Positions 1 through 6,795 of a stretch of 20,000 bases of DNA are shown piece by piece. Numbering within the stretch: position 1 is the first letter of the stretch; the number at the start of each line of letters is the position of its first letter. The notes beneath the pieces are model-generated. The model had not been told where the DNA came from. It searched no databases and was given only the letters and a program-made list of their open reading frames with translations. The translations under genes were made by a program, and so were the position numbers. Source of the stretch: an uncultured virus (IMG/VR IMGVR_UViG_3300021256_000067) (taxonomy: Duplodnaviria; Heunggongvirae; Uroviricota; Caudoviricetes); the IMG/VR virus record IMGVR_UViG_3300021256_000067. One strand, written 5' to 3'.

Positions 1-353
1 TGGCATATTGGCAAAATCAAAATAAAAATTATCCGTGGTTTAAAAATTATATAAATGATATCATTAATTTATATTTTAATAATAAACAAGATTTTGAGAA
101 ATATATAAAAACATGTATTAATGATAGTTATGGTGGCTCTGATCTAAGATCAGAGGAAATATATTACAGTGTTATTAATAATTACGGTTTATTCATTGAT
201 AAGTTATTCAGAATACCGGATGAATCTGAATTAAAAGCTATAGTAGATATTACAAAATATGTACCTTTAAAATGGCAGTCTACATTCTGGAATGTCGCTA
301 TTTTTGGAGATAGGGGGCTTATATGGTGCATAGTTAAACATAATGAAATTTAA
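1..353 (+). CDS. 3' part of hypothetical protein (starts upstream of window)
   Basis: Open frame from base 3 (AYWQNQNKNYPWF...WCIVKHNEI) to TAA at 351-353, followed by a terminator hairpin. Confidence 0.8.
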   Translation, partial: AYWQNQNKNYPWFKNYINDIINLYFNNKQDFEKYIKTCINDSYGGSDLRSEEIYYSVINNYGLFIDKLFRIPDESELKAIVDITKYVPLKWQSTFWNVAIFGDRGLIWCIVKHNEI

Positions 354-360
354 TTATAAT

Positions 361-390
361 AAAAAAGGACCTTTTCAAAAGGCCCTTTTT
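361..390. terminator. Bidirectional intrinsic terminator
   Basis: aaaaaagg-accttttcaaaaggc-cctttt: hairpin with A-run on the left and T-run on the right, between the convergent CDS and tRNA array. Confidence 0.75.
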
Positions 391-482
391 ATATCATATT
401 TTAATTTAAGGAAATATACTACCAATATAAAAGGTAATATATAGGTTTTATATTTATTAATATAAAAATTGTTTGAATTTAG

Positions 483-553
483 TTGGCCATGGAGGTAACG
501 CTCCCCCTCCCTCAGGACCAAAACCTGATGTGCGACTTTCACACCGATGGCCA
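483..553 (-). tRNA. tRNA-Gln(TTG), non-canonical T-loop AGCGTTA
   Basis: Acceptor tggccat/atggcca; anticodon arm tcagg-ttTTGgt-cctga. Confidence 0.85.
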
Positions 554-563
554 ATATAAGATG

Positions 564-635
564 AGCGATTGACCAGAATCGAACTGGCATCTCTAGCTTG
601 GAAGGCTAGAGCACTAACCATTGTGCTACAATCGC
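564..635 (-). tRNA. tRNA-Gly(TCC)
   Basis: Acceptor gcgattg/caatcgc; ctagc-ctTCCaa-gctag; TTCGATT T-loop. Confidence 0.95.
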
Positions 636-642
636 ATAAATG

Positions 643-725
643 TGCCCCGTGATGGACTTGCACCACCCATAGCCAAAGCTATCTGATTTACAGTCAGACC
701 CGTTGCTATCTCCGGTCACCGAGGC
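643..725 (-). tRNA. tRNA-Tyr(GTA)
   Basis: tctga-ctGTAaa-tcaga; long variable arm tagc-tttg-gcta; T-loop TGCAAGT. Confidence 0.9.
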
Positions 726-872
726 ATATTTTGAGCCTTACAAGATTGCGCACTCTTGCAAGTTGTTTATATCTGTGCTTGTCCATCTTTACACCATTCC
801 TTAAGAGCCCTGCATATCAGAATTACGTACTTCTATACGATACCGAACTCACCTGATACAATCTCAAAATTG

Positions 873-944
873 AGCCTCCTGTCGGATTCGAACCAACGAC
901 CTGCTCATTACAAGTGAGCTGCACTACCACTGTGCTAAGGAGGC
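873..944 (-). tRNA. tRNA-Thr(TGT)
   Basis: Acceptor gcctcct/aggaggc; gctca-ctTGTaa-tgagc; canonical T arm. Confidence 0.95.
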
Positions 945-1110
945 AATTAAAATAATTTATATAGAAATTCTAGCTAGTCGGATAAAGGTAACAAGGATCC
1001 TAAAACCATACCTTGCTTCTCTTTTGGATAAGAGTGTTTGTATATATTTAGGACACATACTTCCTAATATCCTCAACCTTTTCTCCAATTTCAATATGTA
1101 AATTATTTTG

Positions 1111-1183
1111 TGACCTCGGTGGGACTCGAACCCACGGCTCTTACATTAAAAGTGTAATACTCTACCAACTGAGTTACGAAGTC
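1111..1183 (-). tRNA. tRNA-Lys(TTT) copy 1
   Basis: gacttcg/cgaggtc; ttaca-ctTTTaa-tgtaa; canonical T arm. Confidence 0.95.
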
Positions 1184-1380
1184 ATTTTACGCAAGGCAAA
1201 CAATAAAACCCTGCTTATCCTTTCTGTTAGTTTCTATTATAGTTTCCAAAACTTACAATGGCGATTTCCTCACCTTCAAAAATCTCATTTCATTCGGTTG
1301 TACAACCTATGATGATTATGGTTTCATCAAATACCCCATACACTTTAATGATCAGCATGGTTACGTCAGGTCTTGTTTAG

Positions 1381-1537
1381 TCGGATAAGGAGGAATTGAA
1401 CCCCCACCCAATATGATTATGCTTCTATGACTGCGCGGTCACTTGTTGAAACATCAGCATATCGTCTTCAGTATTCCGCGCTTTTATTCCCGAAGCTCCC
1501 ACCCCTTGTGGGTGCGCTACCGTTGCGCTATTATCCG
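1381..1537 (-). ncRNA. tRNA-Pro-like RNA with ~90 nt variable-region insert
   Basis: Acceptor cggataa/ttatccg+A, D arm gcgc-aacggta-gcgc, ccca-caAGGgg-tggg, insert with gcttc/gaagc and gcgcgg/ccgcgc stems, T arm ggggg-ttcaatt-cctcc. Confidence 0.7.
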
Positions 1538-1547
1538 TTATTTGTGC

Positions 1548-1681
1548 TTGATATGTCATCGTGCTAACCGTTACACTAAGGAGTCGAACCAATCTTATGA
1601 CACAATCAAGCACTTTGATATGTCATCGTGCTAACCGTTACACTAAGGAGTCGAACCAATCTTATGACACAATCAAGCACT
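1548..1681. repeat. Exact 67-bp tandem duplication of a permuted tRNA-elbow-like element
   Basis: ttgatatgtcatcgtgctaaccgttacactaaggagtcgaaccaatcttatgacacaatcaagcact at 1548-1614 and 1615-1681. Confidence 0.95.
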
Positions 1682-1844
1682 TACTAAAAATGACCCAATA
1701 CAAATTTGCAACTTCACATTGTTGTTTGCTGAACGTGCTTCTTTGTCACCTTTACACCTTCCATCACCGCTATGTATTTAGTAGTCTCGAACTGTCGCGA
1801 CCAGTCACGAGTAAATACCCCCTTTCAACAATGTCATTTCTTTG

Positions 1845-1916
<72 letters not shown>

Positions 1917-2205
1917 ATATATAGCCAAGATTTTGCGCAATCTGGATACCTATCTTGGGGTTCCATGACGTCACCTCTGAAGTGGGTCTCTCTCCATCGC
2001 CTAAACAGTGCGCTACGTCAGCATCCAATATCTTGGCTTTTGTAAAAAAGTTCAATCCTCTGCAGATGGAGTGTTCTGATGAATGATTTGCACGTTCTTT
2101 CATCCTTTCAGGACAGCTTTACTATATAAGCTAATCAGACACTCACGAACTGAACTCTATGTATAAAATTGAAATCCCTATAGGTAAATGCAAACCATCA
2201 CACAC

Positions 2206-2302
2206 AGTCAATGAATGGGAGTCGAACCCATAGTCTCTGAACGTTACAGTGGTGATACCGATGCGCCTAACCACTGACTGATGAACAATCATTCACATTG
2301 AT
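2206..2302 (-). ncRNA. Atypical tRNA-like RNA
   Basis: tcaatg/cattga acceptor-like stem and T arm atggg-ttcgact-cccat; the D and anticodon arms are replaced by other hairpins (cagtgg...ccactg). Confidence 0.5.
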
Positions 2303-2315
2303 TTCAACTTTATTG

Positions 2316-2389
2316 TACTGCCAGCGGGGTATGATCCCGCAATCTCCGCCGTGAAAGGGCGACGAGTTAGCCAATTACTCCATGGCAGC
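2316..2389 (-). tRNA. tRNA-Glu(TTC) copy 1, T-loop ATCATAC
   Basis: gctgcca/tggcagt; tcgcc-ctTTCac-ggcgg. Confidence 0.88.
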
Positions 2390-2394
2390 ATTTG

Positions 2395-2443
2395 CGGTGC
2401 GTACGTGACTCGAACCAATCTTTTCATATTAATCAAACGCACC
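2395..2443 (-). pseudogene. Truncated tRNA-like remnant (acceptor + T-loop)
   Basis: Perfect ggtgcgt/acgcacc stem enclosing GGTTCGAGTC; no D or anticodon arm. Confidence 0.5.
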
Positions 2444-2448
2444 AATTG

Positions 2449-2522
2449 TACTTCGGCTGGGATTCAAACCCAGGACCCACAGCTTAGAAGGCTGTTGCTC
2501 TATTCATCTGAGCTACCGAAGC
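2449..2522 (-). tRNA. tRNA-Arg(TCT) copy 1
   Basis: gcttcgg/ccgaagt; acagc-ctTCTaa-gctgt. Confidence 0.95.
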
Positions 2523-2697
2523 AAATAAACACAGGAATGGACTAGCCAAACACACCTATAGGCGTAACCCACCAACATCCTGTGTTGTCGCAGCGAGATT
2601 ATGTACATCACGTCTGCCGCTGTTTCTCCCACTTGCTCCTGAGAAACATAGCCAAACCTTGGAGTGGAGTTTCTGAAAATCTCCCAACCGTATGTAG

Positions 2698-2734
2698 TGG
2701 TCGTGATAGGGTTTGAACCTACGACCTCTTGATT
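2698..2734 (-). pseudogene. 3' tRNA half (Ile2-like) forming the intron 3' exon
   Basis: aatcaagaggtcgtaggttcaaaccctatcacgacca; 5 differences from the 3' part of the CAT tRNA at 5648-5721. Confidence 0.75.
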
Positions 2735-3204
2735 CTTACCACACTATGTTACCATAGCCAACCTAATATTGCCTCTCCTGACAGGCACTTTACACTGGCG
2801 GTCAACTCCAGAAACCTCCTTTTCACAAAGGTATAGGTTGTTGTGGTCTAGACTGTTTACCATATTGAAATTCTTGCAAGATTGAGGTTGTTTCGTATAA
2901 ATTCCTCCAACGTTAATTTTTCGAAGATTCGGAATTACTCATTTTCAACTCAAATTTCAACTTAGGTATCACTCATTCAGTCTACACGATTATAATGAAT
3001 AATGTCAGGTATGGAACAATTCCTTCCCACAGAATATTCAATATATTATCTGATTCATTATATTCGCTCGGTGTTGTCCTTACACATTATTGGTTAGTGT
3101 GCAAAGTGTTATGCTCTTATCATTCTTTACGATGATTCAAAGGATTTCCACCGAATTTGGGTGATTCTACTATGGGATTTCTCGCCATAGCACTCTTTAT
3201 AAAA
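2735..3204 (-). mobile_element. Group I intron (IC3/Azoarcus tRNA-Ile type), core apparently degenerate, no ORF
   Basis: Minus strand shows IGS GTG, P2 ctatgg/ccatag, P AAATTCGGTGGAAA, Q GGACAACACCGAGC, R GTGTAGACTG..GAGTGAT-ACCTAAG, S TATGGTAAACAGTC, P9 accac/gtggt, and terminal G before AATC; same order and similar motifs to the Azoarcus pre-tRNA-Ile intron. Confidence 0.8.
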
Positions 3205-3236
3205 ATGTAACACTCTTCCAACTGAATTACGAAGTC
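3205..3236 (-). pseudogene. 5' tRNA half (Lys-like) forming the intron 5' exon
   Basis: gacttcgtaattcagttggaagagtgttacat; 4 differences from the 5' part of tRNA-Lys at 1111-1183. Confidence 0.75.
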
Positions 3237-3243
3237 AAATCAG

Positions 3244-3316
3244 TGGATCCAGTGAGACTCGAACTCACGGTCTCCTGCGTGCAAGGCAGGCGCTTTTCCA
3301 ACTAAGCTATGAACCC
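3244..3316 (-). tRNA. tRNA-Ala(TGC)
   Basis: G3:U70 pair, cctgc-ctTGCac-gcagg. Confidence 0.95.
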
Positions 3317-3344
3317 ATCAACTGGCAGTGTTGATAAAAAATTG

Positions 3345-3418
3345 TCGAGAACGTATGATTCGAACATCTCCTCCTCATCCCAAATGAGGTATGCTAACCG
3401 GGTTACACCACGTTCTCG
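3345..3418 (-). tRNA. tRNA-Pro(TGG)
   Basis: cgagaac/gttctcg; cctca-ttTGGga-tgagg; imperfect T stem. Confidence 0.85.
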
Positions 3419-3618
3419 TGGCGCCGCCTAACTTATATTTTTACATTTAGTATATATCCTAAACACTGGGGCCGTGCGGCATGTTCCCAAGTACTATGGA
3501 AAGCTTCTCCCCATCTAATGGCCAATTAGAGTCTCAGTAGTTGCGGTCGAAGACGCTAAAACTTGGCAAGGGTTATGATCCTTTGTAGATTACCTAATCT
3601 CACCCTATATAATCTTTG

Positions 3619-3764
3619 TCGGTAAAGATGGAATCGAACCATCACTGCTATAAATATAAAACATTCAACATTCTATATAAATAACACCTTTGTACCTTAA
3701 GACGTCATTATAGTACAAAACCTCCCAGACCAATATGGGTATGCTACCTTTACACCATTTACCA
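3619..3764 (-). ncRNA. tRNA-Pro-like RNA with ~75 nt two-hairpin variable-region insert
   Basis: tggtaaa/tttaccg+A, D arm tggtgtaaaggtagcat, ccca-tatTGGtc-tggg (8-nt loop), hairpins tttgtac/gtacaaa and tgttat..atagca, T arm gatgg-ttcgatt-ccatc. Confidence 0.7.
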
Positions 3765-3767
3765 AAG

Positions 3768-3842
3768 CGGTCCTGACGGGACTCGAACCCGCAACCTCGC
3801 ACCGTGACAGGGTGGTATGCTAACCAATTGCACCACAGAACC
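3768..3842 (-). tRNA. tRNA-Asp(GTC)
   Basis: ggttctg/caggacc+G; cacc-ctGTCac-ggtg. Confidence 0.92.
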
Positions 3843-4257
3843 AAAAAAATAATGTCTCGGCTAAAGTAAATTCTGATAACGAATCAATTATTGCATTGTA
3901 GTTTATGCCTGATGGCAGTCCGGCATAATTACCCTTCCTCGTTTATGGTATTGGGCATACACAGTTTCACGAACTGTCAAAACTTAATTCCAATTTCCTT
4001 CCGTACTTGTGGAACTAACAATAATTGCCTCACAATAGTTATCAATACTCAAAATGTAAAGGAAATTCAAATAATCATTTCAGACTATTTTAATTCAAGA
4101 ATGTTTGCAACCATTCAAGTTACATTCTATGAGATACTCCACCTTTAAACTATTGCTCTTCGTTGTTGTTTTGTTGATGCAAACCCTACCATCGGCGCAT
4201 CAGTCTTGAACCTTCTGTACTATAGTTCTTCAACATCGAAACCATTATTTAGTTTTG

Positions 4258-4327
4258 CGGGTAACAGAGGACTCGAACCTCCTGTAATAATCTTAATTAT
4301 CTGCAGTTTTAAGATTACACACCACCC
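4258..4327 (-). ncRNA. D-armless tRNA-like RNA
   Basis: gggtggt/gttaccc acceptor-like stem, T arm ggagg-ttcgagt-cctct, and a single long hairpin taatcttaa/ttaagatta in between. Confidence 0.55.
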
Positions 4328-4392
4328 AATTTTAAATTCAACTAATGTACACTCATTGAATACAAATTTGTGTAGAAACCCATGTTTAAAAG

Positions 4393-4466
4393 TTGCGTGG
4401 GGTCAGATTCGAACTGACGACCTTCTGCTTATGAGACAGACGAGCTGACCACTGCTCCACCCCGCA
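4393..4466 (-). tRNA. tRNA-fMet-like (CAT), atypical
   Basis: Initiator-type D arm TGGAGCAGTGGTCAGCTCG; tctgt-ctCATaa-gcaga; bulged acceptor strand cccacgca. Confidence 0.8.
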
Positions 4467-4654
4467 ATATGTAAATAGAAGCAGTAGCATTTAGACCGAT
4501 TTCAATCGCAACATCCAATTATCCTGCTACGGACTTATGTTCCTTTGTACTTCTATTTTTTCTTTAAAAGAAAGGTTAAGCTCTATGCATTTAAGCTACT
4601 CTCCGTACGCCGTCATTGAGATTGGATTTCAACCAATATCACCTTTCTTCTTAG

Positions 4655-4738
4655 ATGCCACCGAAGGATTCGAACCTCCTCCCGAATCACCAGGGATGTA
4701 CCTGCGGGTTCCATATATGCAGCTAACATACGGTGGCA
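4655..4738 (-). ncRNA. Atypical tRNA-like RNA
   Basis: Perfect tgccacc/ggtggca acceptor and T arm ggagg-ttcgaat-ccttc; non-standard D and anticodon arms (cccg-cagg-tacatc-cctg..cggg). Confidence 0.6.
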
Positions 4739-4862
4739 ATGTAAAGTTGAAACTCTTGCAAGATGTGAGTGCAGTTTCTATAACTACCAAGAGCAGTCCC
4801 TATACTGCTGCTTTCAACGTCTTGAGGTTTTAATTTTATACTCACAAATTCCAACTTTATTG

Positions 4863-4933
4863 TAGCCCAGCACGGTAACGCTCCGTGTTCTCAAGAATGA
4901 AAATCTTGCGTTCTGCTTCTAAACTACAGGGCC
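4863..4933 (-). tRNA. tRNA-Glu(TTC) copy 2, T-loop AGCGTTA
   Basis: caaga-ttTTCat-tcttg; T arm cacgg-agcgtta-ccgtg. Confidence 0.85.
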
Positions 4934-5236
4934 ATATTTGAGCAATTTGATATGGAGTGTACTGCTCATTGATTCATGTTGTGATCTTCAACAATCTTCT
5001 CTCCTTGAATCAGAAATTCTCCGGATAAATTCTGAATCCGTAGCATCCTACTCAGGCTTGACGAAGGCCTCTCGGAACTCTTGCTCGGCTAATTTACAGA
5101 AAACTAGCAAAAATAAATGGATTCTTCTTATAAATCTATGTGGACAATCAAATGCAAAAAAGGAGGTGTCCATGGAAATCTATCAGAATCTTGCACATTT
5201 GGCGAGAATCCACGATCGTGATAGACTTGTTATTTG

Positions 5237-5310
5237 CGCTCCCTCTTGGACTCGAACCAAGGACCCTCTGATTAACAGTCAGATGCTCTAACCAACTGAG
5301 CTAAGGAAGC
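5237..5310 (-). tRNA. tRNA-Asn(GTT)
   Basis: tctga-ctGTTaa-tcaga; canonical D and T arms. Confidence 0.95.
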
Positions 5311-5333
5311 TATCAAATTTTCTAATTTATTAC

Positions 5334-5455
5334 CCACTATGTCAATGAGCTCTGTTTTAAAATCACTCTACAAAGTTATATCAAAATAATGACATAAAAA
5401 AATTTTTTGAGTAATTAACTTTATTTTAACATTTAAGTTAAATTTTGTTTAAGTA
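5334..5455 (-). promoter_or_regulatory. Bacteroidetes-type promoter + boxA-like element, copy 1
   Basis: TAnnTTTG -7 box (TAACTTTG, 5371-5378) followed by GAGCTCATTGACATAGTGG; AT-rich upstream; near-repeat of 5827-5949. Confidence 0.7.
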
Positions 5456-5539
5456 CCCGGAGCCGGGGTCGAACCGGCACGGCCGCAATGGCCAAGGGAT
5501 TTTAAGTCCCTCATGTCTACCCAATTCCATCATCCGGGC
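5454..5539 (-). tRNA. tRNA-Leu(TAA)
   Basis: aggga-ctTAAaa-tccct; long variable arm ggcc/ggcc. Confidence 0.95.
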
Positions 5540-5567
5540 ATTTATTCAATATATCAAAGAACATTTG

Positions 5568-5641
5568 TGACCCCGGTGGGACTTGAACCCACGACCCCTT
5601 GATTAAAAGTCAAGTGCATCTACCAACTGAGCTACGAAGTC
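5568..5641 (-). tRNA. tRNA-Lys(TTT) copy 2
   Basis: cttga-ctTTTaa-tcaag. Confidence 0.95.
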
Positions 5642-5647
5642 AACTCG

Positions 5648-5721
5648 TGGTCCTTCTAGGGCTTGAACCTAGGACCTCTTGATTATGAGTCAATTGCTCT
5701 AACCAACTGAGCTAAAGGACC
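5648..5721 (-). tRNA. tRNA-Ile2(CAT) (lysidine type; elongator Met less likely)
   Basis: ggtcctt/aaggacc+A, TAGCTCAGTTGGTTAGAGC, ttga-ctCATaa-tcaa. Confidence 0.85.
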
Positions 5722-5728
5722 AATATTG

Positions 5729-5816
5729 CGGAAAGAGAGGGATTCGAACCCCCGATACGCTATTAACGCATGCCGGTTTTCAAGACCGGTGTATTCAACC
5801 GCTCTACCATCTTTCC
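5729..5816 (-). tRNA. tRNA-Ser(TGA)
   Basis: ggaaaga/tctttcc+G; ccggt-ctTGAaa-accgg; long variable arm. Confidence 0.95.
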
Positions 5817-5826
5817 GAATTTATCT

Positions 5827-5949
5827 CCACTATGTCAATGAGCTCCGTTTTAAAAATACTTTACAAAGATATATCAAATCAATGATATAAAAAAATATTT
5901 TCAAATATTTAACTTTAATTTAACATTTAAGTTAAATTTTGTTTAAGTA
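5827..5949 (-). promoter_or_regulatory. Bacteroidetes-type promoter + boxA-like element, copy 2
   Basis: TATCTTTG (5864-5871) followed by GAGCTCATTGACATAGTGG. Confidence 0.7.
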
Positions 5950-6019
5950 TCCCGGGAAGGAATCGAACCTTCATTTACGGTTTAGAAGACCGTCATTCTA
6001 TCCGTTGAATTACCGAGAC
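5948..6019 (-). tRNA. tRNA-Arg(TCT) copy 2
   Basis: gtctcgg/ccgggat; acggt-ctTCTaa-accgt. Confidence 0.92.
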
Positions 6020-6023
6020 CCGT

Positions 6024-6060
6024 AAAAAATCAAATCCCGAGACTCGCATAGTCCGGGATT
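6024..6060 (-). terminator. Attenuator-type terminator immediately 5' of the first tRNA
   Basis: AATCCCGG-ACT-ATGCG-AGT-CT-CGGGATT followed by TGATTTTT. Confidence 0.7.
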
Positions 6061-6085
6061 CATATTCTTCATCTGTTAATTGTCT

Positions 6086-6190
6086 TTACATTATATACCC
6101 GGAACTGTATATGCACCATGAATCGGCATTTCTTTTTATTAAAGAAACGCTTTCTGGATTTGTTTGATATGTTCCGAAAATATATTGCAT
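6086..6190 (-). CDS. Putative 34-aa leader peptide MQYIFGTYQTNPESVSLIKRNADSWCIYSSGYIM
   Basis: ATG 6190 to TAA 6086; its last codons carry AGTTCCGGG, complementary to the terminator 5' arm CCCGGACT. Confidence 0.6.
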   Translation of the reverse strand: MQYIFGTYQTNPESVSLIKRNADSWCIYSSGYIM

Positions 6191-6242
6191 TTAATTATTT
6201 ATCTATTAAAAATAAATTTAAAATTTAATTTTCATAATTTTT

Positions 6243-6776
6243 TTATTGGCAAGAGAAAGCATCCTCGCCAATCGAGGTCACTGAGCTTGGGATTTCAATC
6301 TTGGTCAAACCACTGCAACCATAGAAGGCCTGGTCGCCAATCGAAGTCACCGAGTTGCCGATTGTCACCGAGGTCAAGCCTTCGCAATAAGCGAAGGCAT
6401 AGTCGCCAATCGAAGTCACCGAGTTGGGGATGGTCACCGAGGTCAAGCCTCTGCAATTATTGAAGGCACTGTTATATATTTTTTTAACTTTATCAAAATC
6501 TTCTATGTATATATGGTATTCACCTGGTTCATATTCATTTACCGTATATCCATTCCGATCTAATTTAATATGTTCACCGTTTATATAAACTTTATCTTTA
6601 TATTTTTTATAACCATTATTTATAGGATTAAATATTTTTATTCTTCCGCGTCTATTCACTTTATAGACAAGCTGATATTGTATATATTTTTTTACATCAG
6701 ACGCTTTAATGATTCCGGAATCTTCAATATCAGAATTATCCCATTCGATTAATATCCTATTTAATATATTATCCAT
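6243..6776 (-). CDS. BspA-type (LRR_5) leucine-rich repeat protein with phage N-terminal leader
   Basis: Three 23-aa repeats of the [19 protein letters not shown] type. Confidence 0.9.
   Translation of the reverse strand: MDNILNRILIEWDNSDIEDSGIIKASDVKKYIQYQLVYKVNRRGRIKIFNPINNGYKKYKDKVYINGEHIKLDRNGYTVNEYEPGEYHIYIEDFDKVKKIYNSAFNNCRGLTSVTIPNSVTSIGDYAFAYCEGLTSVTIGNSVTSIGDQAFYGCSGLTKIEIPSSVTSIGEDAFSCQ
6267..6468 (-). repeat. 69-bp imperfect tandem repeats encoding the LRRs
   Basis: tcgccaatcgaagtcaccgagttg and tcaccgaggtcaagcct recur at 69-bp spacing. Confidence 0.85.
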
Positions 6777-6795
6777 AATTTTATTTGAAGTTTAA

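Noticed and set aside
1381..1537. tmRNA
   Set aside because: Has a D stem and a Pro-type acceptor without G3:U70; too short, with no recognisable tag reading frame
1548..1681. CRISPR array
   Set aside because: Two directly adjacent 67-bp copies with no spacer; no cas genes in the window
3420..3615. Further ncRNA between tRNA-Pro and the Pro-like RNA
   Set aside because: Several short hairpins (ccaagt/acttgg, tctaat/attaga) but no clear closing stem to define boundaries
4612..4650. Additional tRNA (attgg-ttgaaat-ccaat T-like hairpin)
   Set aside because: No matching acceptor 5' strand, D arm or anticodon arm found
5160..5291. Plus-strand AGGAGG + ATG small ORF (MEIYQNLAHL...)
   Set aside because: Runs antisense through tRNA-Asn, no other gene here uses a strong SD, and the motif is better explained by the minus-strand RNA
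6243..6470. Diversity-generating retroelement target
   Set aside because: No reverse transcriptase or template repeat in the window; differences between repeats are not clearly adenine-specific
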